A stretch of DNA of 64,000 nt from Leucoraja ocellata (GCA_036785375.1 JAWMAR010000013.1:1550001-1614000); one strand, 5' to 3'; numbered from the stretch's first letter, positions 1-13,600 are shown. A program made the numbers and translations. Notes: generated by a model not told the origin, from the sequence alone.

Positions 1-50
1 ATAGATGCTGCTGCACCCGCTGAGTTTCTCCAGCTATTTTGTGTAACCAC
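1..50 (+). mobile_element. Penelope-like terminal-repeat fragment cut by the window edge
   Basis: atagatgctgctgcacccgctgagtttctccagc, same family as 33495-33682. Confidence 0.7.
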
Positions 51-1083
51 TAAGATATCCAAGTTGGGGGAAGATAAATTCAGTATGAATTTTTTTTAAA
101 TCCTGCACAAATACTTCCATCTGTTTTTTACTCTAAGCGTCTGATCTTTCCCATGGGTTGGAAAAAATAACAGACCACAGTTACCACATCCTATCATTGG
201 ATTGGGGGAAATTACAGACTGCTATCCCTATCCACAGACATTCATGGACCACAGCTTCTTTGTCTTGGGTGTAGAAATTCCCAATCAACATTGGATTGAG
301 GACAAAAATGAGCTTTGCTTTCAAATATTCAGGAAGGGATGGCAGAGTGGAAGGAATTTTAATTACTCACTTTTTCCTGGACTTTGGACTTTGTTGATAT
401 TGTAATAAAATGCGACTAAATAACATTGAATGAGTGCTGGTGCTGACTTGTCTGTCACTGGTTAATGTTAGTATAGTATACTGATGGGTACAGGACTGTT
501 GCTATCTCTGAAGGTCTGTACCAGTGGGTGTGAAACCATTTAGTTATCCTGTGATGCAAGAACAGCAGCAGTGCGTCTATGTCTAAAGGAAGAATGGTGA
601 GAGGATGTTTTAAATGTTAGCGTTTTGATGGATTGAATTTTGGCTCATGTGTTTGCTTTTTCCGAGTAGAACTGCTCAAGGATTGTAGAATGGGCTTAGT
701 GGAGCCAGTTAATGTGGAAATTGTGGCAAACTATTCAGCCCATCCAGAGTCAGTGCTCCCATTCTCACCCTGTCCGTGCAGCATGCATCTGACTGGATGT
801 TAAAAAAAATATTGCCATTTAGATATGTGCCCTAAACTAGAATTGCTGAATCATTTCAGGGAAGCAGGTGGACATTCACCCCCTCAGATCAGATTTTGTA
901 GAGCAATCCGTCCGGCCAGTTCTATTCTCCACATTTTCGTAGTGGCCGTAAACATTTTTTCTCCCAACTACCTATCCCATTCCCAATGAAAGCTCTGTTC
1001 GACACTACCTGAGAGAATAATGTAAACATTGACTTATAGATCAGTACAGTTCTCTATACTCCAAATTGTGTCGGTAATCAATA

Positions 1084-1951
1084 TTGAATTGAATTGAATT
1101 GAATACCTTTATTGTCATTCAGACCTTATGGTCTGAACGAAATTTCGTGCCTGCAGTCATACATACAATCATACAATAATAAACAACAATAAACACAAAT
1201 TAACACCACCACAGTGAGTCCTCCAAGCACCTCACTGTGGTGGAGGCAAAAATCTTAGGGCTGCAGTTTCTTCCCTCCTCTTCTCCCTCTGCGCTGAGGC
1301 GATACCCCACCGGGCGATGGTACAAACAGTCCCGCGGCTCACCGAACCCCGCAAACGGGCCGGCTCAAACACCGCGGCCCGGGGTGGTCGAAGCTGCCGC
1401 CCTCCAGTTCAGCGGATGCAGCCGCCAGACTGCGGCTGAACCCCGGACTCGGGTCACCGCGACAAGAACGCAGTCCCAGCCACCGGAGCACCGTTCCAGC
1501 CCCGAGCCGGATCGCCCTCACGTGAGTACCGTTCCTCCCTCGAGCTGGGCCGCTCCGACGGGAACGCCGTACCTCCCTTGAGCTGGGCCGCTCCGACGGG
1601 AGCACCGTTCCAGCCCTGAGCCGGACCGCTCCGGACGGGAGCGCCATTCCTCCCTCGAGCTGGGCTGGGCCACTCTGACGGGAGCGCTGTACCTCCCTCG
1701 GGCTGGGCTGCTCCGACGGGGGCACCATTCCATCCCCGAGCCGGGCCGCCCTCACGGGAGCGAGCCCAGGGCAAGTCCTGACTGGCTCCGCCTCCGCCAG
1801 CTCCACCTCGAGGCCGCCAGCTCCGCCATTAGGCCTCAGCGCAGACGGAGGCAGAGAAGGGGGATACGACAAAAAAAACAACATAAAAAAGTAAAGACAA
1901 AAACGGACTGCAGGCGAGCCGCAGCCGTTTACCAGCGCCACCACTTCCGGT
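1084..1951 (-). mobile_element. CpG-rich non-autonomous non-LTR retroelement with an internal ~38-bp GC-rich minisatellite
   Basis: The minus-strand 3' end has an 8-bp stem-loop (1118-1137), AATAAA and an (ATTCA)n tail. The 5' end reads CCGGAAGTGGTGGCGC. Tandem GAGCTGGGCCGCTCCGACGGGAGC-type units at ~1485-1765. Confidence 0.6.
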
Positions 1952-2039
1952 AGTTAAGTTAAGATTACAATGTTCCTCGCTGTTAATTTAAGCAAGAAAC
2001 CAGATTGACAACTTATTGTTGTATTCTTTCTTCCTCCAG

Positions 2040-2138
2040 GCTTTCCCAGACAACGCGGCTCGCAGGGAATTGGACAACCTGCCTGCAGTTTGTAGCAATG
2101 AGGGCTGCCCTTGGAAGGGCACCATCAAGGACTATGAG
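2040..2138 (+). CDS. TRAF2: TRAF2 coding exon (end of RING / zinc finger 1), first TRAF2 exon in the window
   Basis: ttcctccag|GCT...GAG|gtgaga, 99 bp, phase 0-0. AFPDNAARRELDNLPAVCSNEGCPWKGTIKDYE matches human AFPDNAARREVESLPAVCPSDGCTWKGTLKEYE. The RING-start exons lie upstream of the window. Confidence 0.97.
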
Positions 2139-2182
2139 GTGAGAGAAAGAGAAATTAATATAAAGGCTGAAGTTTTAATTTG

Positions 2183-2410
2183 GTGCTATCTGCGTGGAGT
2201 TTGTACGTTCTCCACGAGACCGCATGGGTTTTCTTCGGTTTCCTCCCACACTCCAAATACGTACAGTTTGTAGGTTAATTGGCTTGGGTATGTATACTTG
2301 GTGTAAGTGTAAATTGTCCCTCGTGCGTAGGCTTGTGTTAATGTGCGCGGATTGCTGGTCAGTATGGAGTCAGTGGGCCAAAGGGCCTGTTTCTGCACTA
2401 TCTCTAAAAA
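2183..2410 (+). mobile_element. 5'-truncated V-type SINE with a CR1-like tail
   Basis: gtggagtttgtacgttctcc...ggtttcctcccacactccaaa core, shared with 24224-24525 and 57656-57925. Confidence 0.7.
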
Positions 2411-2651
2411 TAAAGCTATACTGGAAATTGTCGCCAAATCTGATGGTAGAACAAAAGGGGCCTCAGGCATCTGGCGAGGAAATGGAGCTCGTTCAACCTC
2501 TTTCAGGAATCATGAGCTGACGCAATCTCTCCCCGTGTCTGTCTGGGTTTTCTCTAGATACTTTGGTTTCCTTCTAAATCCCAAGCTACGCAAGTCAGTG
2601 TAAAATGCCTCTAGTGTAGGCGCGCATCAGGATTGATGGGAATGTGGGAAG

Positions 2652-3290
2652 TTTTGTTTATTATTGTCACCTGTACAGAGGTACAATGAAAAGCTTTTGT
2701 TTGCGTGCTATTCAGTCAAAGAAAAGAGTATACATACAAACAATCGAGTTGTTCACAGTGCACAGTTAAAGGATGAAGGGTACAGCATTTCGTGCAAGAT
2801 ATACCATTGAGGTCGGATAAAGTCTGATTAAAGATAATTCAAAGGTGGATGGGAGGTAGGACCACACTCTAGCTGCGAGGACTGTTCAGTTGACTGATAA
2901 CTACTGGGAAGAAACTGTTCCTGAATCTGGAGGTATGCGTTTTCAAACTTCTGTACATCTTGTCTGATGTGAGAGGGGAGATGAGGGAATGACCAAAATG
3001 AGACTGGTCGTTGATTATGTGCGTGGCCTTATTAGGCAGTGTGACGTGTAGATGGAGTCAATAGAGGGAGGCTGGTTTGTGTGATGATCTAGGCTGCGTC
3101 CACAACTGTGCGATTTCTTGTGATTTTGGATGAATCTGTTCCCAACCCAGGTTTTGAAGCATCCCCCCCCCCCCCGATAAGATGCTTTCTATGTGGCATC
3201 TGTAGAAGTTGGTGAAGGTTGTTGGAGACATGCTGAACTTCCTAAGGCGTTGGTGTGTTTTTTTCGCCATAAGTTTGATATGTGGGACAC
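2652..3290 (-). mobile_element. Degenerate LINE 3' fragment (Rex1/Babar-type RT C-terminus)
   Basis: Translation includes KKTHQRLRKFSMSPTTFTNFYRCHIESILSG. The 3' end carries AATAAA. Confidence 0.7.
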
Positions 3291-4429
3291 AGGGATAATT
3301 AGTGGGTGAATGGGATTTGTCAATGAGCCAATATAGACACCAGGCAGCAAATAGAACAGAACAAAATAGCACAGTAACAGGCCCTTCGACCCACAATGTC
3401 TGTGCCGAGCATGGTGCCAAGTGAAGTTAATCTCTCTCTCTGCACGTAATCCATTTCCTTCCATTCCATGTGTGTCCATGGATCTATCTAAACGTCTCTT
3501 AAAGGCCATTATCACCATTGCATTCATCACCACCCCTGACAGCTCATTCCACGCAAGACTTTGAAAACAGCAGGAAAAGGTATAAAGGCTGTTAAAAGTT
3601 ATAAACGGAACATATGGGATCCTTAGTTTGAAGAGCTTTCACTTTTGGTATTCATTTTCTATGTGGCATGTGATAAACTGTCATGAATATCTGAATATAC
3701 AACATTGCCAAATTCCCTTTATGCACCCTGCTTATTACATTCCCTGATAATTCTGATAAATTTCTTAAATGCAATTACACTTTAACAAAACCAAGTGAAC
3801 TCTAATGTCTATTCTGATACCTTAATAATTTTTACCAGCTTCTTTTCAATGATAGATGCGTCGAACTATTGTTTCCTGTATGCTCCCCTCCCTCCGTTTT
3901 TGAATTATGTTTGTACTTTTTCAAATCTCAGGGACTTGTCCACTATGTAGGAAACTTTGGAAGATCACAATCAGTTGATCCATTGTTTTTGCAGCCAATT
4001 CATTGAACCCTCTTGAATGTAGGACAGAGGACATATGTGCATTGGTCTCATTAGTTAGCCTTTTATGTTTTATCGAATTATTGTGATTGTTTGAAATATT
4101 TTGCTTTTTTGTCTGGCATATTCTTCTATTATGCTTTTAATGTTTATTACAATGAAGATGGATACAAGGTTTTTCTATATGCTTAGTTGAATAAGATCAG
4201 GATTAGCGGTAATTCTCCCTCAATTGAGTAATTTGTTTCCGTTCGTTTGCAATGGCTCAGGGTTATGATCAGAACTGCTTTGGGATGTTCGGTCCCAGCA
4301 CATGGACATCGTCAAATAAAATATGGCGCAATATTGTCACACAACACTACCACAACTTTGTACTGTCAGCAGCATTCCACCCATTGAATACCTAACAATA
4401 TAACAGAAAACATTTATAAAATTGAGTGT

Positions 4430-4735
4430 GATTGATAGAGTAGACAGTCAGAATCTTTTTCCCAGTGAAAACGTGAAATACCAGAGGGAATAGCTTTGAA
4501 GCTGAGGTGAAAGGTTTAAAGGAGATGAGCAGGGCAAGATGAAAAAAAAAACAAGAAAAGTGGTAAGTACTTGAATGTGCTATCAGGGAAGGTGGTGGAA
4601 GCAGATAGGAATGTGGCATTTGAGAGGCTTTTAGATGTAAATATGCAGGGATGCAAATGGATCATATGCAGGCAGAAGTGATTATTTTAATTTGGCATCA
4701 ACGGGGCTGGATGGACTATACTGTTCCGTGTTCTA
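4430..4735 (+). mobile_element. CR1-like LINE 3' fragment
   Basis: aatctttttcccag...accagaggg...aggtttaaaggagat, typical of the CR1 ORF2 3' end. Confidence 0.6.
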
Positions 4736-6172
4736 AAATATCTTGATGCAGAATAGTAGTAATTTGGCCGCACTGTGAGATTATTGGATAGCTGGGGTTG
4801 AACTCTGTTAGTGCAAGTAGAATGAGGATCGGGTGATTAGTATTTACGCTGTTCAGAATAACTAATGTACCTAAGGTGGGTATGTGAACTGCTTCTATCC
4901 CCCAATGTACAGAGACTTGCCCTTGTAGCAGCAATAGTTAATGAATTGTCCTCTGCAAACGCAGCTGTGGTTGGTTCATAACCTTGGCTTGTTAGTTAGA
5001 TCAGAGCAGCAGATTTACTGCCTGGAAAGTCCCTGAGTCTCAATACCCTGTTGTGTTTTAAAATAACAGAACCAGTGGAAAGTCCCTAAGATTTACTGCT
5101 TTAGATCATATTATGATTGTCCAGTACGCCATGGAAAGTTGCAATAACGTTTTTTAAATAAGTTCTACATTTCCCCCCCACAAAATTACTCATTATGTTT
5201 TTTATTTTCATTGCAGTTGAATGTTTTTATTTGTAATGACGGTAACAAATTGAACAATTTTAACATAACGCAAAGCCCCAATTGATCCTGCAATGGATGG
5301 CTTCCAGCCCTGGTGAACCATCTGGCTGCGACCAGAACATAAAAACAAAGGGCATGTCCAAACCTAAGCTCCCTCCATTCAAGCATTCCAAGGCAGAGTA
5401 CAATATTGGGTTAGACACAGTCACATCCCTCTGCGCTTCAATAATTTGATTGGAAAACAGCAGGGAGCAAAGGCAGGCAGTATCCACTGTAATTACAGAG
5501 GATGCAGCAAAATATTGTTGATGCTGTAAATCAGAAATAGAACAGGAAATGTAAATAGTTGGCTGGTCAGGGAATAACCATGGAGAATTCTATAAAAAGT
5601 CATTGAACTGAAACATCAGCTGTTTCTCGGGAGAAAGATGCTATCTGATCTGAGTTTTCCAACATTTTCTGTTTCATTCCACTTTTATTCCAGTGTGGTA
5701 ATTGGTTCTATTCATTAAAAAAAGAACACTATGCCCTCTCAAAATCCGAGTGTTGAGCATGAGAGAGTTTGCTAAGGATGGAGGATGAGGCTGGTTTACC
5801 TATTGGTGGCAAGTACGTTCTAGGTATCGACCTGATATTTTGCACTTGCCTCTATATTTGCCTGGATGGTCCAGAGTGAAACTCAAGCCTGCATCTGCTG
5901 GTTCAAAAGCACCAGAACTACAACTGAGCCAAAAATGTTGACTTGTTAAATGAGAGTTTGAGGTTCCTTTTTCCCTAGTACCGAGAAGCTTCTGTGGTGG
6001 ATGTATAGATAAGTGTGGGTGTCATGTGCTGGCTGCATGAATGGTAGTCATGTGTTGAAAGAATTTCCTCTCAGCAAGGGATTGTGTTGATGTTGTGTTG
6101 CTGTTGCTGTTGCTGCAGTCACTGCAGATCTGCACTTGGGCCTCTATACCGATCACCTATTGTTTATTGCAG

Positions 6173-6334
6173 GCTGAACACGAGGGAAGGTGTGAGTATG
6201 TCCTGATGCCTTGTGAAGCGTGCAGCAAGAAGGTGCGTCAGGTCGATCTATCCCGCCATCTGGAACGAGAATGTCCTGAAAGAAACCTCAACTGCAAGTT
6301 CTGCAAAATGTCCTTCCACCACAAGGATATAAAG
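6173..6334 (+). CDS. TRAF2: TRAF2 coding exon (TRAF-type zinc fingers)
   Basis: ttattgcag|GCT...AAG|gtcatt, 162 bp. AEHEGRCEYVLMPCEACSKKVRQVDLSRHLERECPERNLNCKFCKMSFHHKDIK. Confidence 0.96.
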
Positions 6335-6548
6335 GTCATTAGTTTTAATAAAGAATTAGTTCACATTCCCAACCATTTTCTGGGTTGTGCTGAATCATCT
6401 CCACACTATCACCAGATCAGTTTCTGCAGTGAATCACAGCAACCCTACAGTTGCCTTGCTTCCATTTATTCCCAGTGAAGCATAAAGCAGGTGGATGTGA
6501 AGAGGTTTGGGATTATTATGATTAACTGCCATAATTATGGTAATAACA

Positions 6549-6740
6549 GTCAAGTCAAGTCAAGTTTATTTGTCACATACACATAAGAGATGTGCAGTGA
6601 AATGAAAGTGGCAATGCTCGCGGACTTTTGTGCAAAAGACAAACAACAAAACAACCAAACAAATTATAAACACAATCATAACACACATATTCTTATTCAT
6701 AATAAATAATGGAAGGAAAAACGTTCTGTAGAGTTAGAGT
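6549..6740 (-). mobile_element. LINE 3' end with a (CTTGA)n tail
   Basis: caagtcaagtcaagtttatttgtcac on + reads as AATAAA plus a pentanucleotide tail on -. Confidence 0.55.
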
Positions 6741-8624
6741 AGTCAGCAACGGGTATTTCCATTAGCGATGTTAAACTGATCACAGTTGCATCCATGTGAT
6801 TTTTATTTTAATTCATCTGTTGGATGGAGACATCATTAACAAGGTCAGTATTTGTTGCCTAACTCAAGCTGCCTTTATAAAAGTGGTGCCAAGGGTAAGC
6901 AGGATGCTCGTATAGTAAAATCCAAATAATCTAGTGAGTAACCATTTTCTCACAAATTCTGATTTAGCATTTGGCTCAAATGTTCTTTTCCATGCTCCCT
7001 TTTGAATCTTGTTTCCATTGCACTCTTTTAACTCTTTGGGACTCCTTTTCCGGTGCTCTCTTTGTAGTTATTGGAGCCCCATCTCTTGTGCTCCCTTTGA
7101 ACTAACTGGAGCTGCGATTTTTGTGCTGGCTTTGAACGCACGGGGGTCCTGTTTCCACACTCCGTTCTGAATGTACTAGGTTACTGTTACTTAATTATAA
7201 GTGTACAAGGGTATTAATGGGATGATTATAATAATCTTGAAATTCTGTGCCCAAAATGAGCGCCAGATTAATGGAGCTTTGCTATACTTGTTTGTATCTT
7301 TGAAAACTGTGTCACTGAGAAGGCAGTGGTTGAGACTGTACGACATGAAAAGTAAAAAGCAGGATTAGATCAGTCAGTCTCAAGAGACTGCTGTGAAATC
7401 AAGGTCATGGCTGATACAATCCTGGTCTCAACAATACTTTATCTTTTGCTTAACTTCTGTTCGATGTCTCAATCTTTTCCTTGTAAATATTCAACGCCTC
7501 CTCCTCCTCTGCAGCTTTCTATGATAGTGTATTCCATAAACCCGCCAACGTGTGGGGGAAGATCTGTTTTTCTGATCTGTAGTAATAAAAATGGAACAGA
7601 GATGGGAGAAATTGCTGTATTCTAAAACTTCCCTGCTAATCCAACATATTTAATTTTCCCCCAGTCAATGTGAGTCATTCATCTGGATAGCCCTTCCCTA
7701 TTTAATTAGAGTTTTCTAGGTGTCGATGCTAGCCACATCCCAAATTAATTGTGTGGCTATGCTTTCCTCCAAGTTACTCTGTGTGGCTGTCCCTCCCCCA
7801 TTCTGAGTTACTTGATGAGAGGACACCACACTGGGAGTGAGCATCTTGTGAATTCCCGTCACCAAGGTAAAGGTGACAATTACCATTCACAATTACTTGC
7901 TGGTTAAGGCAGCTAACATCTGAATTGCAGAGTTCAGTGCTTCCTGAGTTTTTTAAAGGAATATGCTGTGAGCAGGATTCAAACCAGAGTTTGAGTTATC
8001 TGGCTGAGAGTTATACAGCACGGAAACAGGGCTTTTGGCCTAACCAGCATGTCGACCAAGATGCCCCATCTACAGCAGCCCCACTTGCCTGCGTTTGTCC
8101 CACACCCCACTAAACTTTTCCTATCCATGTGTCTGTCTAAAAACCTTTAAATGTAAAGACTATGTTAAGATGTATAGCTTTTGTAAAGAATATATTGAGA
8201 ACTTGATTCCTTTCCAATCATCCATATGGAAGTTTAATTATTTATTAGTAAGGGCATTAAAGATTACAAGGAAACTGCAGGAGATTAGGATTGAGAGGGA
8301 AAAATACATTGGTCATGATCGAATAGCGGAGAAGATTCGATGGACCGAATGGCCTAATTCTGTGTTTTATGGTCTTATGAGGTTATAAACAACACTCTTG
8401 CTTACCATGAAGCGTTTTCACGATGTGTGGGAGGCCAAGGAAGCAATGCATTTGTGAGCTGCATTTTTACCCCATCAAATTTCAGCATCAGGCAAGTCTA
8501 TCACAGCAGCCTAGCTGAAAACATGCCCTAGTCACAGACCCCAGCCTTCGTTTATGTCGGATTTAAATATATGATTCCATTGTAGAATAACTTTTAAGAA
8601 GTTATTTGTGTTTGGCATCCACAG

Positions 8625-8699
8625 GCTCACGATGAAATCTGTTCCAAATACCCATTAATGTGTGAATGGTGTGGGAAGAAAAAGATTTCAAGAGAAAAG
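8625..8699 (+). CDS. TRAF2: TRAF2 coding exon (zinc finger)
   Basis: catccacag|GCT...AAG|gtaaga, 75 bp. AHDEICSKYPLMCEWCGKKKISREK. Not in the ORF track. Confidence 0.96.
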
Positions 8700-9861
8700 G
8701 TAAGACCTGTGCTGAAATAAAATCAGATGAAGAGGGTCTGATTAGATCCCACGAGATAGAAAAGCTGGAGAGCTATACTCAGCAAACCGAGAAATGGGTT
8801 ATTCATTTCATATACCTCTTACAGAAGTAGTTATTTCTGTTTCTCCATGTTAATCTCCAGAATGAATGAATTCCCCGTGGAATATTCTTCAACAGCACTG
8901 CCTCTCGCTGTGTACAGTTCCACTAGGTATGAAGAGAACTGCACTACAACCACACATTACATAGACATTGAATCCCATTGGGGTGTTCTACAGGAGTTGT
9001 CCTCAGGATGTGATTAAGCCATAGCTACCTTTCAATGGGCCGTGGTTCCTGGGGGCATTGGTTGCCGCTGGAACACAGTCACGTGGCCACGATTTCACTG
9101 ACACTTCCTCTAAGGCTACAGCTCAAAAGGCAGCACTGTCACTGAACACTGTTATAATGTTCTTTGGTAAGAGTCAATAATTGGAGCATGTAATCATTTC
9201 CCTCCTTGCTCGGTCTAAGGACATTCATTCCTGACAGGAGCATGGTTTACATCACAAAGTGCGGAAATCTCATCTCCGCATCTACCCTGTCAAGCCTTGA
9301 AATAATTTTCTTTGTTTCAATAAGATTACCATTGTGAAGGCATTCCGGAAAATAGGTTTACAGTTTGTCCCCGGTGTCAGTGAGTTGAGAGAAAAAAGCA
9401 GAAATGGGCTGCATGTATTTGATCAGATTTACCTTTTTGGACAATTACACAAGTAACCAGTGGCATTCTGAATGTTGATCATTCTGGATTACTGAAGCTT
9501 GCCTTACAATTCACTCTTCCCTCTTACATTTGGAAATGTGATATGTCAGCCAAAGACTGCAACAATATTCAAAGAATTTGATACTCGCTTTGATGCAAAA
9601 TGTTGCCTCTGCCGAATGGAACACTGTTTCAGACACAAAGGTTTATAAGAAAGAGTTATAATTATCAGATAAAATTATAGGTTGGAAACTGAGTAAATTT
9701 CCTGTACACTGCCTGTTTAAAGATTTTGAAGAGCAGGAACTGCAGAATTGGATTCACTGTAAAGTTCCCTCTGCATTTTTTAACAATATATTTCAGTTTA
9801 CAATGCTGAGAGCAAGTTTGTTATTGGATAAACATGGCAAAACAGAAGGCACCTTGTGATA

Positions 9862-9954
9862 GATACAAAATACTGGAGTAACTCAGTGGGTCAGGCAGCA
9901 TCTCTGGACAAAAAGGATAGGTGATGTTTTGTGTCAGGATCCTTCTTCAGATTC
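9862..9954 (-). mobile_element. Short Penelope-derived insertion with a 12-bp TSD
   Basis: CACCTTGTGATA at 9850-9861 and 9955-9966. Decayed hammerhead-like CTGAAGA...AAAACATC on -. Confidence 0.75.
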
Positions 9955-10093
9955 CACCTTGTGATATTTAGCGAGAGGGTTAGTGTGTGGCTGCATACCC
10001 ACTGGAATTCCATTTAAAGTAGATTCCCATTTGGCCATTAGCAAAAGTAAATAACAAAATATTCATCCCAATTTCCCAATGCGCTCAGTGTTA

Positions 10094-10268
10094 GTCAATG
10101 TCCCTGGTCCACTCCAATCTTTGTCAATGTCTCTGGTCCACTCCAATCTTTGTCAATGTCCCTGGTCCACTCCAATCTTTGTCAATATCTCTGGTCCACT
10201 CCAATCTTTGTCAATGTCCCTGGTCCACTCCAATCTTTGTCAATGTCCCTGGTCCACTCCAATCTTTG
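10094..10268. repeat. 29-bp tandem repeat, 6 copies
   Basis: GTCAATGTCCCTGGTCCACTCCAATCTTT starting at 10094, 10123, 10152, 10181, 10210 and 10239, with no spacers. Confidence 0.95.
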
Positions 10269-10612
10269 ATTGGCCATTGCCAATTATTTGCTGGAAATAG
10301 AACAGTACTTACTGTCCCAACGTTTAAGAAACGGTTAGACAGGTACATGGCTAGGACAGGTTTGGAGGGATATGGACCAAGCGCAGGCTAGTGAGACTAT
10401 TGTAGCTGGGACTTGTTGGCCGGTGTGAGCAAATTGGGTCGAAGGGCCTGTTTCCACACGGTGCCACTCTATGACTCTATTCCTCTAAGTGCACTGAGCA
10501 AGGCAGGTGCTGGATACTGAGTGAGGCCCCCTGGATGTGGGCACGGGCAGGGTTCTGGCTATGTCTCACCAAGCTGGGTCATCTCATGCTCAACTCATTT
10601 TTGTCTTTGCAG

Positions 10613-10687
10613 TATGCAGATCACATTCGAACATGTGGGAAGGTGAAGCTCCTTTGTCGCTTCCACCAGATTGGCTGTGAAATGGCA
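10613..10687 (+). CDS. TRAF2: TRAF2 coding exon (zinc finger)
   Basis: tctttgcag|TAT...GCA|gtaggt, 75 bp. YADHIRTCGKVKLLCRFHQIGCEMA. Confidence 0.95.
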
Positions 10688-13600
10688 GTAGGTGGACTTT
10701 TATTTTTTTTGCTTTGTGTTGTGGCAGTAACAGCATGCTCCCAATGCCGATTCAAACGATCATGGGTGTGAATTAAATAGTGTTGCATTTATATTGAAGG
10801 GCAGCGTAATCGTACGACTATTTAAATCAAGCGCTGTACCCTATGGCCCTGGGAAGCCGAAGGGGGCTCATTTAAGTGACCCTGTTCAAGGGCGAAGGGA
10901 GTTCAGTGAGTGAACCATATGTCTTCCTCCAAGGATGAAATAATCGGCCCAGCAACACCAGTTTGGCACTTTGGCACATAAAAACTAATAATGCACATAG
11001 TTCTGACTATCATGAGTTTGCCAGTTTGGATATTAATTCACTGATCTAAGACCTGCAAGGGGCATCGTAGTGGTACAACTGCCCGGCAGTGCCAGTGACT
11101 CAGGGTCGATCCAGAGTCTGGTATCTCTGTGTTGTGTTTACATCTCCCTGGGCCCTTGTGGGGTTCCCCTGGTTACTCCAAGGTCCTCACACATCCAAAA
11201 GGCATGTTGATAGGTTAATTGAGAAACATAATTTACCCCTTTGTGTAGGTAAGTGACAGCAGAATTAAAAAGGAGTCAATGGACATGAGGGAAATGGTTG
11301 TTGCGCCATGGGGAGAAGGTGAATGGGCCCAATGGGATTGTACTACTGGGAGCTGGCATGGATCCATTGGGCTGAACGGCCGCCTTCTGCGTCTTAAAAC
11401 ATGAACAAGGAGGAAGTAATTGTCCTTATTCATTAACTATCTCTTTACAAGTAGTTCTTCCACAAAGAATGTAAGAATATTGATCTTATAACAAAGGACA
11501 ACTGTATTAGTAAATCGAAAAACTCCTAATGCTGGAAATCTGGCAGCATTTGTGAAAAAGGTAACAGTTAATGTTTCGGGTTCAAGATCATTTGTCGGAA
11601 ATGGGAAAGGGAGAACATAAGTTACCAAAGGGAGGAAATTATGAATGAGACGAAAGTATAAAGAGCAGGAAGTGAGTAATGGAGATAAATAAAGAAAATG
11701 CTGGAAATACCCTGCACTGCCCTTGGACTGAGAGGCAGAGTTGGCCTCTATTTGCTTTTACCCGAATAAGGGAAAAATAGAAATGGAACACGTTTTCAGT
11801 TGCAGAGAAAAGAGGAAAAAACAAAGGGCTTCTGTGCCGGAATCAAAGGATATGGGGAGAAAGAAGGAACAGGATGCTGATTCTGGATGATCAGTCATGA
11901 TCATATTGAATGGCGATGCTGGCTCGCAGGGCCGTATGGCCTACTCCTGCACCTGTTTTCCGTGTTTCCATGATAGGGTGGAGGAGAATGCATATAATGA
12001 AAGGTGGTGGTTCCAGCTGAGTGCTGAAGGCGTTAATGGCAGCTAGACTATCTAGTGGAGAAGTTGCAGGAGATGAGTGAGGACAGAGGGGAGAGAGAAA
12101 TAAAAACATGGTTGAAACTGAGACATACAAAACAGTTCGTCTGCGGAAATCTAGAATATAAATGAGGATAAAAACCCAGCAGGTCAAGCAGCATAAACAG
12201 AGTTAGAATTGCAGTTTTATAATTTGTCATAGAACTGGGATTATCTGATTTTATTAAATTCATTACTGAGTTTCCAATGCCAGGGAAAAGAGATGTTCTT
12301 GGAGCAATTTAATCTGCCAATGAGAGAGCTCACAGTGGAAATAGAACTGGAAAAATGAGAAGAAAAGTTAGTTCCAAGTAAGACAAAGGGAATATATTTG
12401 ATAAGATGAGGTATGGTTATGATAAGTTGTTGCTAAAGAAGCCTGGTGGATGGGTTAATGAGATGGTCCCTGGCCTGCTGAGTGTTTCCAGCATTTTCAG
12501 TTTCATTTTCAGATTTCCAGCATCTGCAGCTTCTTAACTCTCATTAGTCAGCCACATCTGCTTATCAAGCATGAATCGGAGGTGAGTCAGGTGAAGGTGT
12601 GGCCATTGAGGACATCGATGCTCTGGGTAGGAGGAGATGGTGAGGATAGAACAAATGTGGTTCAGCCAGTTTTGGGGATGAGGTAGTGAGGGAGGGAAAT
12701 GAAGCCGAGGTCAAGGTGAATGGAAGACGCCTGGTGTGTAAAATGTAATGTACAAGAGAGCTGCAGAGACTGGAAGAAAATAAAGGGGTCCTCCTAGGAA
12801 GCTGGGTGCCTGGAGGGAACTCAAACCAGTCAACAATCTGGATGAGGGGTAGGAATAAAGTTATACAGTGATGTAACTCACCAGCCTGCATCAAGGTGTC
12901 CTGAATTCATCTTACTCTTGACATAGAGGGAGGCTACTGGGAACACGGAGTATAGGACCACTGTCAGAGCAATCCCATCAGTAATTACCACTTATTTCCA
13001 TGCAAATTATCTTTCAATGACACCTGTGCTAGGGGCAATTTGTAGTAACTTATCAAGCTATTTGCCTTTGGCATGTGGGAGTTGACAACAGCACTCTGGG
13101 AAAAACCCATGTGTGCTCATGTGGAGACCATGCAAAGTCCAGACGAGGCAGCACTTGAGGTTAGAATTAAACCTGGATTGCTGGAGCTGCAACATTATCT
13201 GCCGCAGCGTTGTTGTCCCACATTCTGAACTGAGGCAATAGTGATGCTTCTGTTCTGAATGAGCTTGATCACATTCCATCTGGAACACTGTATCCATTTC
13301 TGGTCTTAGAAACTAAAGATCTATTGCTCTTCGAGTGACTGCAGTATAAATGGGCTGAGTAATTTGTATGAGGATATATTTTGAGGGCAGGTTTCCTAAA
13401 TTCGACCTTCTAGTTTTCTAAGACTATGGGATGATTTAATCCCAATATTTAAAATGATGAAGATTCATTTGGGTATTCAATGAAAAAACATGTTTTCTGG
13501 AGGGGAAACACATAAAAGGGTAATATTACACGATGGGCTGTTCAACAGTGAATTTAGGAAGCATACTTTACTCAAAATCTCATTCAGTGACTGAATGTTG

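Noticed and set aside
1237-1944. Overlapping 71-201 aa ORFs as protein-coding genes
   Set aside because: They arise from a GC-rich minisatellite with few stop codons. The peptides are repetitive and show no recognisable domain.
10094-10268. 29-bp repeats of CRISPR-like length
   Set aside because: The units are head-to-tail with no spacers, there are no cas genes, and the context is a vertebrate intron.
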